64,000 nt of DNA from an uncultured Brevifollis sp. GTDB lineage: Bacteria > Verrucomicrobiota > Verrucomicrobiia > Verrucomicrobiales > Verrucomicrobiaceae. The stretch is from positions 488 through 64,487 of the forward strand of contig CAZSBO010000004.1 of the NCBI GenBank assembly GCA_964605265.1, written 5' to 3'. The translations under genes were made by a program, and so were the position numbers. The notes below the pieces were generated by a model that ran no database searches, was not told the DNA's origin, and saw nothing but the letters and a program-made list of their open reading frames with translations. Below are positions 8,178 to 19,625 of the stretch, piece by piece. Positions within the stretch are counted from its first letter, which is position 1; every line of letters begins with the position of its first letter.

Positions 8178-9677
8178 TCACAGCCAGCCCGTCTGATTCA
8201 GTCGGCCGGTGAGGTCCATCTGGCGTTCGAGCTGGGCGGCGTAGAGGGCGGCTTTCGCGGGGTCGGGTTTGCAGCGGGTGGTTTCGTCGAGGCGGACGAG
8301 GCGGGCGCAGAGTTCGTCGTAGCTCGTCGTCTCGGCCTGTTCATTGGCGCGCGCATGAGCGGCCTGAATGGCGGCGCCGAGCGCGGCGCCCTCGCTGGTG
8401 CTGAGGGTGACAACCTCGGCGTTGAAGCAGTCGGCGGCGATCTGGCGCCAGACACCGCTCTTGCTGCCACCACCGGTCAGGCGGATCTCGGAGGGATTCA
8501 TGCCGAGGTCGCGGAAGCGCTTCAGGCCGTAGGCAAGGCCGAGCGTCGCGCCCTCGACCGCGGCGCGGGCGAGGTGGGCGGGCGTCAGGTTGGTGGTGCG
8601 CAGGCCGTGCAGCACGCCGCTGCCGTTGGGCAGGTTCGGGGTGCGCTCGCCATTCAGGTAGGGCAGGAAGCTGACGCCATCGGCACCGGCCGGGGCGCTG
8701 GCCACCGCGGCCTCGAGCTGCTTCAAGTCCCAGCCAAACAGCTCGCGCACCTGCTCGGTGACGACGGTGACGTTCATCGTGCAAACGAGCGGCAGCCACT
8801 GGTCGGTGCTGTCGCAGAAGGCCGCCACCTCGCCCTGGCCGTCCACCACCGGGGCATCCGCGACGCCATAAAGCGTGCCGCTGGTGCCGAAGCTGGCGGT
8901 GATGACGCCGGGCTTGATGTTGCCGGTGCCGATGGCGCCCATCATGTTGTCGCCGCCGCCGGCGCTGACGATGACATCGGCCGACAGTCCCCATTCCGCC
9001 GCCAGTTCCGGGCGCAGGCGACCGTGCACGGCGCGCGAGGAACCGAGCGGCGGCAGCATCGACAGCACGCGCGGGTCGATGTAGTCGCAGAGCTCACGGC
9101 ACCAGGTGCGCGTGCGCACATCGAGAATGCCCATGCCGGAGGCGTCGCCGAACTCCATGCGCTTGACGCCGGTGAGCCAGAAATTGAGGTAATCGTGCGG
9201 CAGCAGGATCGAGGTCGTGCGGGCAAAGTTTTCCGGCTCGCGCTGCTTCATCCAGAGCAGCTTCGGGATCGTGTAGCCGGGCAGCATGGCGTTGCCGGCG
9301 AGGGCAATGACACCCGGCTGACCGCCGAAGTGATGGGCGATCTCCTCGCACTGCGCCTGGGTTGAGGTGTCGCACCAGAGCTTGGCCGGCCGCACTGGCT
9401 GGTCATCCGCGCCGAGGGCGACGAGCCCGTGCTGCTGGCCGCTGACGCCGATGCCGGCGATCTTCGAACGCTCCTGGCCGAGCTGGTCCAGGCACTGGCG
9501 CACGCAATCGCGCACCGCCTCCACCCAGGCCTGCGGGTGCTGCTCCAGGTGTCCCGGCGGCAGGCCTTCGATCAGGTCGTAGGCGCTGTGGCCACTGGCC
9601 AGGATCGCGCCGCTGTCGAGGTCGAGCACAATCGCCTTGCTGCTCTGGGTGCCGCTGTCGATGCCGAGGTAGTACAT
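8178..9677 (-). CDS. xylB: Xylulokinase
   Basis: FGGY kinase motifs GIDSGTQS, GVSGQQHG, GGGDN, GERTP. Confidence 0.93.
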   Translation of the reverse strand: MYYLGIDSGTQSSKAIVLDLDSGAILASGHSAYDLIEGLPPGHLEQHPQAWVEAVRDCVRQCLDQLGQERSKIAGIGVSGQQHGLVALGADDQPVRPAKLWCDTSTQAQCEEIAHHFGGQPGVIALAGNAMLPGYTIPKLLWMKQREPENFARTTSILLPHDYLNFWLTGVKRMEFGDASGMGILDVRTRTWCRELCDYIDPRVLSMLPPLGSSRAVHGRLRPELAAEWGLSADVIVSAGGGDNMMGAIGTGNIKPGVITASFGTSGTLYGVADAPVVDGQGEVAAFCDSTDQWLPLVCTMNVTVVTEQVRELFGWDLKQLEAAVASAPAGADGVSFLPYLNGERTPNLPNGSGVLHGLRTTNLTPAHLARAAVEGATLGLAYGLKRFRDLGMNPSEIRLTGGGSKSGVWRQIAADCFNAEVVTLSTSEGAALGAAIQAAHARANEQAETTSYDELCARLVRLDETTRCKPDPAKAALYAAQLERQMDLTGRLNQTGWL

Positions 9678-9799
9678 GATGCGTGGGGGGATGGAACCGG
9701 CATCCTAGCTGCAGCCGGGCAGCCCGGCCATGCATTTTCTCAATGGTCGCCGCGGAAAAATCGATTTCCGCGCCGCGCCAATCCTGAGACACTGCCGGC

Positions 9800-12700
9800 A
9801 TGATCGAGGTGTTTTTTCTACTCCTGGCACTGGGCTTTCTCGTCCTGCCCTTCGTCGCCCTGATTTCCGCAAGCAACGCCAGCGGACGCTGCCGGGAACT
9901 CGGCGAGGAGGTGCAGCGACTGCATGAGCAGCAGGTGCTGGCCCTCGACCGCGAGCAGCGGCTGGTGCGCCGGGTCGCTGATCTTGAAGAAGCCGGCCGG
10001 GCCGGCCAGCCCCCCGCGCCGCGACCTGCAGTCCCGGCGGTCACACCGCCCCCCGCTCCAGCCCGGTCCGCCGCGGCGCCCGCCGAGCCCGCGGAAGCAA
10101 AACCCGCGCCAGCGGTGCTTGTGCCCCCGCCGCTGCCGGTCGCTGCGCCCACCGTCCAACCGCCGCAGCCAGACATCCCGAAACCTGCGGACCGTGTCCC
10201 CCCGCCGGTGCCGGTCGCTGCCACCCAATCCGCGCCGCCCGCCCCCGTTCCGACCGCAGAGCCCGCCCTGCACATGGAGCGTTTCATGGGCGCCAAGCTC
10301 TTTGCCTGGATCGGCGGCCTGGCGCTCTTCCTGGGCATCCTGTTCTTCGTCAAACTCAGCCTGGAGCGCGGCTGGATCTCGCCGGCGCTGCGCACCTGGA
10401 CCGGGCTGGCGGTCGGTGCCGGCCTGGTCGGCGCCGGCCTGCGCCTGCAGCGCAACCCGCGCCAGACGCCTCTCGCGCAAACCCTCTGCGCCACGGGCAT
10501 CGTCGCCCTCTATGGGGTCGCCTTCGCCGCCCATGCGCTCTGGCACATCCCGCCCTTCCACCTGCAGGCCGTCACCTTCGCCTTTCTGTCGGCCGTGACC
10601 GCCGTCGCCTTCATGATCGCCGTGCGTCATCACGCCCAGGTGGTGGCGGTGCTGGGCATGCTCGGCGGTTTCCTGACACCCGTGCTCTGTTCGACGGGCG
10701 AGGACCGGCCGTTCGCCTTGTTCAGCTACATCGCCCTGCTCGACCTCGGCGTGCTTGCCGTGGCGCAGCGGCGACGCTGGGCGCATCTGGTGCCGCTGGC
10801 GGCCACCGGCACCCTGATCCTGCTGATCGGTTGGCTGGCGCAATTTTTCCGCGCCTCGGAGTACGACATCGGCGCGGCGACCTGGCTGCCGGTGGGCCTG
10901 CTGCTCGGCTTCCCCCTGCTCTTCGCCCTGGCCGCCGAGGGGATGCGCCGGCGCGGGGAAACCGGGCTCGCCGCCGCCTGGGCCGCGCTGGGCCTGATCG
11001 CCGGCGGCGGGCTGATCGCCTTCACCTGGCTGGAAGTCACCAGCATCGCCACACGGCCATGGGTCCTCTACACCCTCGTGCTCGGTTTGAATGCCATCGC
11101 CCTCGGCCTGGTCGCCTGGCAGCCCTCGTTGCGCCGGGTGCAAACCGCCACCGCCACCCTGACCTTCCTGCATCTGCTGATCTGGACGCAAAACAGCCTG
11201 ACTGCCGACCTGCTGCTGCCGGCCCTCGCGGTTTATCTTGGCTTCGGCGTGCTGCACAGCGCCTTCGCCGCCTGGCTGCAGCGCCGTCAGCCCATGCCCC
11301 TGACCGGCTGGCTGCCGCTGCTGGCCGTGTCCCTGCTGCTGCTGCCGGTGTTGAACCTGCCGAACCCGGGGCTGGCGCTATGGCCGGCCCTGCTGCTGGC
11401 CGACCTGCTGGTGATCGGTCTGGCTTGGTTGACCGGTGCCCTGCTGCCGGTGCTGGCGGCCCTGGCGCTGACCCTGCTGGCGATCGCCCTCTGGCTATTC
11501 GGCGCGCCATCATCCGCCGAACTGCCGCTCGGTCTCTTCCTGACATTGGTCGGTGCCAGTGCGACCGTTTTCGCCTTTGCCGGTCAGCGTCTGGCGCGGC
11601 GTTTTCCCGACGCTCCGACCGCCTCGCTGCTGCCGGCCAGTTCGGCCCTGCTGCCCTTCCTGCTGCTGATCGTGGCGACCGGTGAACTGCGGCTGGCCCA
11701 GCCGACGCCGGTCTTCGCGCTCGCCCTGGCCTTGGTCGTCTTCCTGCTCGGTCTGGTGCGTGCCGGTGGGGCGGCCGTGCTGGCACCGGCGGCCCTTGCC
11801 GGCGTGATCGCCCTGCAGGCCGCCTGGCTGCAGCGCGGGTTCGCGGTGGAGCAAGCCGGACTTGCCGTCGCCTGGCAGCTCGGTTTCCTCGCGGTCTTCA
11901 GCGCCTTCGCCTGGGTGTTTCGTCGCCGCTTCGCGACCGAGACCCTGCCCTGGATCACCGCCGCTGCCGCCAGTCTGGGCAGCTTCGGCCTGATGCATCA
12001 GGTGATCGTGCGCGCCTGGCCGAACGAGGTCATGGGCCTGCTGCCGGCCGCTTTCGCCCTGCTGCCCGCCGCCGGCTTTGCCTACGTGCACCGCCGGCAC
12101 AGCCCCGACAACCCGGCGCGCCTCGGTCAACTGGCCTGGTTTGGCGGCACGGCCCTGTTCTTCGTGACGCTGATCTTCCCGCTGCAGTTCGACAAGCAGT
12201 GGCTGACCCTCGGCTGGGCCTGCGAGGGCGCCGCCCTGTGCTGGCTGTTCGGGCGTGTGCCACACCCCGGCCTGCGCGCCACCGGCGCGGCCCTGCTGGT
12301 GATCGCCTTCGCCCGTCTGGCGGTGCTGCCCGCCGTGTCTGCCGATCTGGTGCGCGGGGCGCTGCCGATCCTCAACTGGCCGCTGTACACCTACAGCCTG
12401 GCGGCACTGGCGCTCTTCGCCGCGGCGGCGTGGCTGAAACCGCCGCACCATCTCTGGGGTGAGGCCAACCTGCGCGCTTTTTTCTGCAGCCTCGCCGGCG
12501 TGCTGCTTTTCCTGCTACTCAACCTCGAGATCGCCGACGCCTTCACCGCCCCCGGTCAGCGCGTCTTCGTCTTCGACTTCGGCGGTCACCTCGCCCGCGA
12601 CATGACTTACAGCCTCGCCTGGGCGCTGTTTGCCTTCGGCCTGCTCGTGCTCGGCCTGTGGCGGCGCCACGCCGGCACGCGCTACGCCGGCATCGGCCTG

Positions 12701-12844
12701 CTCGGCGCGACCGTGCTGAAACTGTTCCTGCACGACCTCGCCCGCATCGACAGCGGCTGGCGCGTCGGCGCCCTGGTCGGGGTCGCCCTGGTCGCGCTCG
12801 CCGTCTCCTACCTCTACCAGCGCTGGCTGAGCGACGACGCCTGA
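9800..12844 (+). CDS. DUF2339 family polytopic membrane protein
   Basis: Pro-rich linker, then ERFMGAKLFAWIGG and >20 TM segments, C-terminal KLFLHDL. Confidence 0.85.
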   Translation: MIEVFFLLLALGFLVLPFVALISASNASGRCRELGEEVQRLHEQQVLALDREQRLVRRVADLEEAGRAGQPPAPRPAVPAVTPPPAPARSAAAPAEPAEAKPAPAVLVPPPLPVAAPTVQPPQPDIPKPADRVPPPVPVAATQSAPPAPVPTAEPALHMERFMGAKLFAWIGGLALFLGILFFVKLSLERGWISPALRTWTGLAVGAGLVGAGLRLQRNPRQTPLAQTLCATGIVALYGVAFAAHALWHIPPFHLQAVTFAFLSAVTAVAFMIAVRHHAQVVAVLGMLGGFLTPVLCSTGEDRPFALFSYIALLDLGVLAVAQRRRWAHLVPLAATGTLILLIGWLAQFFRASEYDIGAATWLPVGLLLGFPLLFALAAEGMRRRGETGLAAAWAALGLIAGGGLIAFTWLEVTSIATRPWVLYTLVLGLNAIALGLVAWQPSLRRVQTATATLTFLHLLIWTQNSLTADLLLPALAVYLGFGVLHSAFAAWLQRRQPMPLTGWLPLLAVSLLLLPVLNLPNPGLALWPALLLADLLVIGLAWLTGALLPVLAALALTLLAIALWLFGAPSSAELPLGLFLTLVGASATVFAFAGQRLARRFPDAPTASLLPASSALLPFLLLIVATGELRLAQPTPVFALALALVVFLLGLVRAGGAAVLAPAALAGVIALQAAWLQRGFAVEQAGLAVAWQLGFLAVFSAFAWVFRRRFATETLPWITAAAASLGSFGLMHQVIVRAWPNEVMGLLPAAFALLPAAGFAYVHRRHSPDNPARLGQLAWFGGTALFFVTLIFPLQFDKQWLTLGWACEGAALCWLFGRVPHPGLRATGAALLVIAFARLAVLPAVSADLVRGALPILNWPLYTYSLAALALFAAAAWLKPPHHLWGEANLRAFFCSLAGVLLFLLLNLEIADAFTAPGQRVFVFDFGGHLARDMTYSLAWALFAFGLLVLGLWRRHAGTRYAGIGLLGATVLKLFLHDLARIDSGWRVGALVGVALVALAVSYLYQRWLSDDA

Positions 12845-12880
12845 TCTTGCATTCGCCGCCACGCACGCCACAGAAGCCGG

Positions 12881-13483
12881 GTGAGTTTCGATCCCGGCCA
12901 GGTCTTCGACATCGAACTGCGCGACGGCACGCCGCTGCGCCTGCGCGCCATCACCCCGGCCGACCGCGACCGCATCGCCGAAGCCATTCGCCGGCTGTCG
13001 CCCGAGTCCGCCTACTTTCGTTTCTGGACAAGGGCGCGCGCCGTCAATCCGCGCCTCATCGAAGCATTGTGCTCGCCCGACCAGCAGGACCACGTCGCCT
13101 GGGCGGCGCTGCACCGCGCGCGGGCCGACCTGCCCGGCGTTGGCGGCGCCTCGTTCTGGCGCCTGGCCGAGGATGCCGGAGCAGCGGAAATGTCGATCAC
13201 GGTCGCCGACGAATTCCAGGGCCGCGGTGTCGCCACCTGGCTGCAGGCGCTGCTCTGGGAACACGCGCATGCGCTGGGCATCCGTCGCCTGGTCGGCCAC
13301 GTGCTCAACGACAACCTGGCCATGCGCGCCTGGTGGGACGCGCTCGGCGCCACCGCCGAGGAACGCCAGCGGCACTGGCTGATGACGCTGCCTCTCGACG
13401 AATCCCTGCTGCCCGACACCCGTGCCGCCGCCAGCCTGCGTGCCGCGCTGGCGCGGGTGCGCGGCGCCGGGGAGCCGGCCTGA
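12881..13483 (+). CDS. GNAT family N-acetyltransferase
   Basis: LRDGTPLRLRAITPAD, LSPESAYFRF, VADEFQGRGVA acetyl-CoA motif. Confidence 0.88.
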   Translation: MSFDPGQVFDIELRDGTPLRLRAITPADRDRIAEAIRRLSPESAYFRFWTRARAVNPRLIEALCSPDQQDHVAWAALHRARADLPGVGGASFWRLAEDAGAAEMSITVADEFQGRGVATWLQALLWEHAHALGIRRLVGHVLNDNLAMRAWWDALGATAEERQRHWLMTLPLDESLLPDTRAAASLRAALARVRGAGEPA

Positions 13484-14554
<1,071 letters not shown>

Positions 14555-14593
14555 CCTTCAACCTGCCTCAAAACCGGCGCGTGCGCCAGTGGT

Positions 14594-15898
14594 TCAGTCG
14601 ATCCGGCCCAGCCGGACGGTCGGCTCGTTGTCGTCGCTGAGCGGCGGCAGGCTGGCGCGGCCGTTCGACGACAGGCAGTCGGCACCGGCCGAGTAGATCA
14701 GGCCGCGCACGGGATCGAAGACGAAGGGTTCGCCGGTGAAGGGATCAATCGGCACGGCAGCGAGGTAGGCGGGCACCAGATCGCCGAGCGAGGCGGGCAG
14801 GCGGCGGTGTTCGGCGGCATGGCGACGAGCGGCGAAGAGCACGCGCACCAGGCCGTGGCGGGCGAGGGCGAGGGCGTGGCGTTCGGCGAGTTGGCGCAGG
14901 CCACCGAGGCGGTCATTGAACCAGGCAACGCCGTCGCGGTTGGGATCGTAGAACGGCGCCGGCCGACCGTTCGGCAGCGAGGTGAGAAAGCCACCCGCGG
15001 CGGCGTAAGCGGGCCGGGAGAGTTCGTCGCGCAGGTCGCGACAGGCGCGGGCGACCCGGGCCAGGGTGGCATTGACCTTGAAGCTGAGGCGACCCGCGCG
15101 CGGCAGGGGCACCCCGGGCGGCAGGGTGTCCGGCGGCTCGCCACTCTGGTCGCCGAGCAGGCATTTTTTTTCGTGCAGGTAGAAGGCGGCGCAGTACTGG
15201 CGCATCAGTTCGGTGCCGGGCTCGCAACGGCCGAACTGCTCTTGGAAACCGGCGAGGGTGGCGGCGTCGAGACGGCTCTGGCGCAACAGCTCGGCAAGGA
15301 TCTGCGCGGCACCGGCTCCCAGGTCCTGGGCGCGCCAGACGTAGCCGGGCCAGGCGGTCAGTTCAAGAACCCGCCGCGACAGCTCGGCAAGGTCGGTGGC
15401 GGCGGTGAAGGCCTCCGCCTCCTCACCGCGCCGGGCCAGGTAGGCCGCCTGGGCTTGGAGCAGGAAGATGACATGCGGCCAGCCCTCGTGACCACTCAGG
15501 TCGGCGGTGAACCAGGCGGCGTGACGCGGATGCCAGTCGGCGTCCTCGAGAAGGTCGCGCAGATTGTCGAGGGCCGTGCCGTTGGCGCGCACATGGGCCG
15601 ACAGCGCGGGCGTGTCCCAGTCGGTCGGCGGCAGGGCGCGCAGCGACAACTGTTGCACGGGACGCACAGCGTCAAGGAAGGCGCGCAATTTCAGCGGCGC
15701 TGGATTGACCTCCGGCGGCGGCGCAGCCGGCGTTGGCAGGCGCAGGTCTTCATCGGACTCGCGCGGGATGTCATGCCAGAAGTGCCAGGCGAGCAGGCAG
15801 AGGACGAGCAGGGCAAGGCCGAAAGGCACCAGCAGGGCGCAGGACCCACGGCCGCGCGGAAAGGGGCGGCGGGCGGCGGAGCGGACCGGCGGGAGCAT
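14594..15898 (-). CDS. Membrane-anchored hypothetical protein with C-terminal GspG/pseudopilin-like segment
   Basis: N-terminal TM helix; C-terminal LPASLGDLVPAYLAAVPIDPFTGEPF..IYSAGAD. Confidence 0.7.
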   Translation of the reverse strand: MLPPVRSAARRPFPRGRGSCALLVPFGLALLVLCLLAWHFWHDIPRESDEDLRLPTPAAPPPEVNPAPLKLRAFLDAVRPVQQLSLRALPPTDWDTPALSAHVRANGTALDNLRDLLEDADWHPRHAAWFTADLSGHEGWPHVIFLLQAQAAYLARRGEEAEAFTAATDLAELSRRVLELTAWPGYVWRAQDLGAGAAQILAELLRQSRLDAATLAGFQEQFGRCEPGTELMRQYCAAFYLHEKKCLLGDQSGEPPDTLPPGVPLPRAGRLSFKVNATLARVARACRDLRDELSRPAYAAAGGFLTSLPNGRPAPFYDPNRDGVAWFNDRLGGLRQLAERHALALARHGLVRVLFAARRHAAEHRRLPASLGDLVPAYLAAVPIDPFTGEPFVFDPVRGLIYSAGADCLSSNGRASLPPLSDDNEPTVRLGRID

Positions 15899-15928
15899 CG
15901 GGAAAAAAGCGCGCGCAAGGCGCCGGGA

Positions 15929-16423
15929 TCAGGCGGGCGGGTTTTCCAGGGCCAGCCCAAAGAAGTCGAGGAAGACCTGGCGGTAGACACCGCGCTTGAA
16001 GGGCGGCACCCACTGCATGCGGAACTCGTCGGGACGAATCCAACGCCAGCGTGAGAACTCGCGGTGGGTGGCGTCGAGGTTGACATCCTCGTCACTCCCC
16101 AGAAAGCGCATGCGGAAGTACGTCTGTTCCTGACCGCCGTAGATGCCGTACTTCAGGCGCGGTTTGGGAAAGGCGTAGCGATAGCCACCGCGCTGCTCGA
16201 TCACCTCCGCCTGCTCACGACGCACGCCGATCTCCTCGGCAAGCTCGCGAAACATCGCCGTCTCGGCGTCCTCGCCGTCGTCAATGCCGCCCTGCGGGAA
16301 CTGCCAGGCTCCCGGGATGTTCACCCGCTCGGCAATGAAAATGCGATCCTGCGCATCCGTCAGGATGGCGGCGACATTGGGGCGGTAAACGATGGGCAGC
16401 GAAGGCGGCAAGGCGGGGGTCAT
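15929..16423 (-). CDS. rppH: RNA pyrophosphohydrolase (Nudix)
   Basis: YRPNV, WQFPQGGIDDGE..RELAEEIG Nudix box, GQEQ, FKRGVY; alternative start 16447. Confidence 0.9.
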   Translation of the reverse strand: MTPALPPSLPIVYRPNVAAILTDAQDRIFIAERVNIPGAWQFPQGGIDDGEDAETAMFRELAEEIGVRREQAEVIEQRGGYRYAFPKPRLKYGIYGGQEQTYFRMRFLGSDEDVNLDATHREFSRWRWIRPDEFRMQWVPPFKRGVYRQVFLDFFGLALENPPA

Positions 16424-16550
16424 GGGAATTAGACCGGGTTGAGGCATTTTGCATGCCTTTCTGCGAAAAGTTAAGAAAAATTAACCAATTTTCCAAACCG
16501 CCTCTCCCTTTGCCAGGCAACAGTTCCCCCGCAGGGGCAGTATATAAAGG

Positions 16551-17996
16551 ATGCGCCTGCTGTCCCGACTCCTGCTCGCCGTTGTTCTTCCCCTCGCCGC
16601 CCTGCCCGCCGCCGATGCCCCCAAGGCCCCGCTGCTCGCCGGGGCCGCCACCAGCAACATCACGCCCGAGTTGGGCGACGACATTGTCGGCGGTTTTCTG
16701 CCCTTCCCGGCCACGCACGTCCACGACGAACTGCACGCCCGCTGCCTGGTGCTTGACGACGGCAAGACGCGCCTGGCCCTGGTGGTCTGTGACCTGCTTG
16801 GCCTGCACCGCAGCCTGTCGCTGGAGGCGCGCCGACTGATCGAGGCGGAAACCGGCATTCCAGCTTCCAACGTGCTGATTTCCGGCACCCACACCCATTC
16901 GGCGACCAATGCCGTCAGCACCTGGCCGCGCAGCTTCATCTCCGACATGGAGCTGAATCCGTACCAGCGCTTCGTCGCCCGGCGCGTGGCCGACGGCGTC
17001 CGCCGCGCCCTCAACCTGCTGCGCCCCGCCGAGATCGCCTTCGGCCGGACCACCGCGCCCGAGCACGTGCACAACCGCCGCTGGCACATGAAAGAGGGCA
17101 CCGCGCCACCCAACCCGTTTGGCCAGATCGACCGCGTCAAGATGAACCCGCCGACCGGCAGTCCGAACCTCATCGAACCGGCCGGCCCCACCGATCCCGA
17201 GGTCTGCTTCTTCGCCCTGCGCGAGCCCGGCGGACGCCTCATCGCACTGTACTCGGCCTACTCCCTGCACTACGTCGGTGGCGTCGGCTCCGGCCATGTC
17301 TCGGCCGACTACTACGGCTACTACTGCGAGGCGCTGAAACGCCGCATCGGCGGCACGGACAACGACACGGCCTTTGTCGCCATGATGGCCAACGGCACCA
17401 GTGGCGACATCAACAACGTCAACTTCCGCGAAGCGCGCCCGCGCAAGGCGCCCTACGAACAGATGCGCCACGTCGCCGAAGACCTCGCCGACAAGGTACA
17501 CGGCGCTCTCGCCGGCCTGGAATGGAGCGCCCGCGCACCGCTCGCGGCCCGTTACCGCGAGCTCGGCGTCCAGTGGCGCACGCTCGAACCCGAACGCATC
17601 GCCTGGGCCGAAAAAACGGCGGCCAACACCCCTCGCATCCAGGGCAAGGCCGATCTGCCGCACGCCTATGCCACCCGCCTCCTCAAGCTGGCGCAGCCGA
17701 GCCCGGAAACGAAATTCCCCGTGCAGGTGCTGCGCCTTGGCGAGATCTGCATCGCCAGCTCGCCCTGCGAGACCTTTGCCGAGACCGGCCTCGAGTTCAA
17801 AAAGCGCAGCCCCTTCGCCAAGTCCTTCATGGTCGAGCTGGCCCACGGCTACTACGGCTACATGCCGACCCCGCGCCACTTCGAATGGGGTGGCTACGAA
17901 ACCTGGCCCGGCACCAACAACGTCGAACCCCAGGCCTCGGTGAAGCTCATGGATGCCGTGCTCGACCTGGCCGCCGAGGTGAAGTCGGCCGACTGA
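16551..17996 (+). CDS. Neutral/alkaline ceramidase-like secreted hydrolase
   Basis: Signal peptide, HDELHARCLVL, GTHTHS, GTSGDIN, GYYGYMPT..GGYET. Confidence 0.8.
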   Translation: MRLLSRLLLAVVLPLAALPAADAPKAPLLAGAATSNITPELGDDIVGGFLPFPATHVHDELHARCLVLDDGKTRLALVVCDLLGLHRSLSLEARRLIEAETGIPASNVLISGTHTHSATNAVSTWPRSFISDMELNPYQRFVARRVADGVRRALNLLRPAEIAFGRTTAPEHVHNRRWHMKEGTAPPNPFGQIDRVKMNPPTGSPNLIEPAGPTDPEVCFFALREPGGRLIALYSAYSLHYVGGVGSGHVSADYYGYYCEALKRRIGGTDNDTAFVAMMANGTSGDINNVNFREARPRKAPYEQMRHVAEDLADKVHGALAGLEWSARAPLAARYRELGVQWRTLEPERIAWAEKTAANTPRIQGKADLPHAYATRLLKLAQPSPETKFPVQVLRLGEICIASSPCETFAETGLEFKKRSPFAKSFMVELAHGYYGYMPTPRHFEWGGYETWPGTNNVEPQASVKLMDAVLDLAAEVKSAD

Positions 17997-18005
17997 CCGG
18001 CCCGT

Positions 18006-18731
18006 TCAGCGCTTCGCAGGCACCAGCGGCGCCGTCTGCTCCGCCGTCGCGCGGCCGCCCGGCAGTTCGAGCAGGCGGATGCTGCGGAAGTGAATCTCCG
18101 CACCCTCCGACTCGAGGCAGAGGTAGCCCTTGCGCACGGTCGCCTGGCTGACGCCGTTGACGAACTTGCCATTGATCGCCAGCTTCACCACGCCGTCGAC
18201 GGCGACCACATCGTAGGTGTTCCAATCGCCGGCGCCCTTGCAGCGCATCTCCCAGGACATGCTGCGACGCCCGCGCGGGTTGTCGGGCACGGCCTCCAGG
18301 CCATTGGCGCCGAACAGCTCGCCGGAGACGTAGCCGGGATGGCGCGGTGACCCGTCCTTTTCGCGGTTGAGCAGCGGGTACTGGAGTTCCAGCATCTGCA
18401 CCTCCATGCCCTTCGGCAGCGTCTTGCCCGGCGCCGGCACGCCTTCGCTCCAAATGAAGACGCCGGAATTGCCGCCGGGCTGCATGTGCCGCCACTCGAT
18501 GTGCAGCAAGAAGTTTTCATACATCTTCTCGCTGCGCATGACGCCGATCGGCTGGCCGCTGCAGATGAGCAGGCCGTCGCGCACCTTCCAGGTCTCCGGG
18601 CTCGTGTTGACATCGACCCAGCCGGTCAGGTCGCGACCGTTGAACAAATCGACCCAGCCGGCGGCCGGTTCGGCTTGGGCGGCAGCAACGATGAACAGGG
18701 CGGACAACAACGGGAGAAAACGCGCGGGCAT
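18006..18731 (-). CDS. DUF1080 (3-keto-disaccharide hydrolase-like) protein
   Basis: [35 protein letters not shown]. Confidence 0.9.
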   Translation of the reverse strand: MPARFLPLLSALFIVAAAQAEPAAGWVDLFNGRDLTGWVDVNTSPETWKVRDGLLICSGQPIGVMRSEKMYENFLLHIEWRHMQPGGNSGVFIWSEGVPAPGKTLPKGMEVQMLELQYPLLNREKDGSPRHPGYVSGELFGANGLEAVPDNPRGRRSMSWEMRCKGAGDWNTYDVVAVDGVVKLAINGKFVNGVSQATVRKGYLCLESEGAEIHFRSIRLLELPGGRATAEQTAPLVPAKR

Positions 18732-18772
18732 GACGGAACCAACGCGGGCCACCGCCCGGCTCTCGCCGCGAT

Positions 18773-19516
18773 TCAGCGGAACTGGCGACGGTACTTCAGC
18801 GGCGTCAGGCCGAGGTGCTTCTGAAAGTGCTGGGTGAAGGAGCTTTGGTCGGCAAAACCCACCTCGCGGGCGATCTCGCCGACCGAGCGGTCGGGATCGG
18901 CGAGCAACTCGCAGGCGGCCTGGATGCGCACCTTCAGGATCACCGCCTGCGGGCTCATGCCAAAGGCTTCGACGAACTTGCGATGCAGTTGGCGCGGCGA
19001 CAGGCAGGCGAGCGCGGCCAGTTCAGGCACGGTGATGCGGGCGCGGAAATGCGTACGGATGTGGTCGATCGCACGCTCGATCTGCCGGTGCGTGTGCACC
19101 TCCTCGGGCGCGCCGCCGTGGGCGCGCACCACGCCCATGACGCCAATCACCGCCCCCCGGCGATCGAACACCGGCAGCTTGTGGGTGACGAACCAGTCGG
19201 GGATGCCCTGGCGATTGAAGAAGAGTTCGACGATGCCCAGCTTGGGCTGGCCGGTGCGCAGCACCTCCTCGTCATCGCGGCGGAAGTTCTCGGCCAGGCG
19301 CGCCGGGAAGAGTTCAAAATCATCGCGCCCAAGGATCTCCGCCTCGCTGGCGAAACCGAGTCGCTCGACGAAGTGACGGTTCGCCGCCACCAGCCGGAAC
19401 TTCGCGTCCTTGGCGAAGAAGGAGACGCGCGGCAGATGGTTGAACAAATGATAAAACTGGCTCTCCGGCGCCATGCGGCTCAGGAAGCGGGTGCGGAGGG
19501 TGGCAGGCGAATCCAC
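18773..19516 (-). CDS. AraC family regulator with N-terminal PAS domain
   Basis: [21 protein letters not shown] domain; C-terminal [12 protein letters not shown] AraC HTH. Confidence 0.92.
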   Translation of the reverse strand: MDSPATLRTRFLSRMAPESQFYHLFNHLPRVSFFAKDAKFRLVAANRHFVERLGFASEAEILGRDDFELFPARLAENFRRDDEEVLRTGQPKLGIVELFFNRQGIPDWFVTHKLPVFDRRGAVIGVMGVVRAHGGAPEEVHTHRQIERAIDHIRTHFRARITVPELAALACLSPRQLHRKFVEAFGMSPQAVILKVRIQAACELLADPDRSVGEIAREVGFADQSSFTQHFQKHLGLTPLKYRRQFR

Positions 19517-19625
19517 ACCCCAGCCTGCCGCAGGGCGGCAGGGCCGGCAAGACCCTTGTCCGATTTTTCACAATCCTTGTCCGCGCGTCCGGATGATCCC
19601 GGGCGTTTCTTCGGCAATCCCCACC

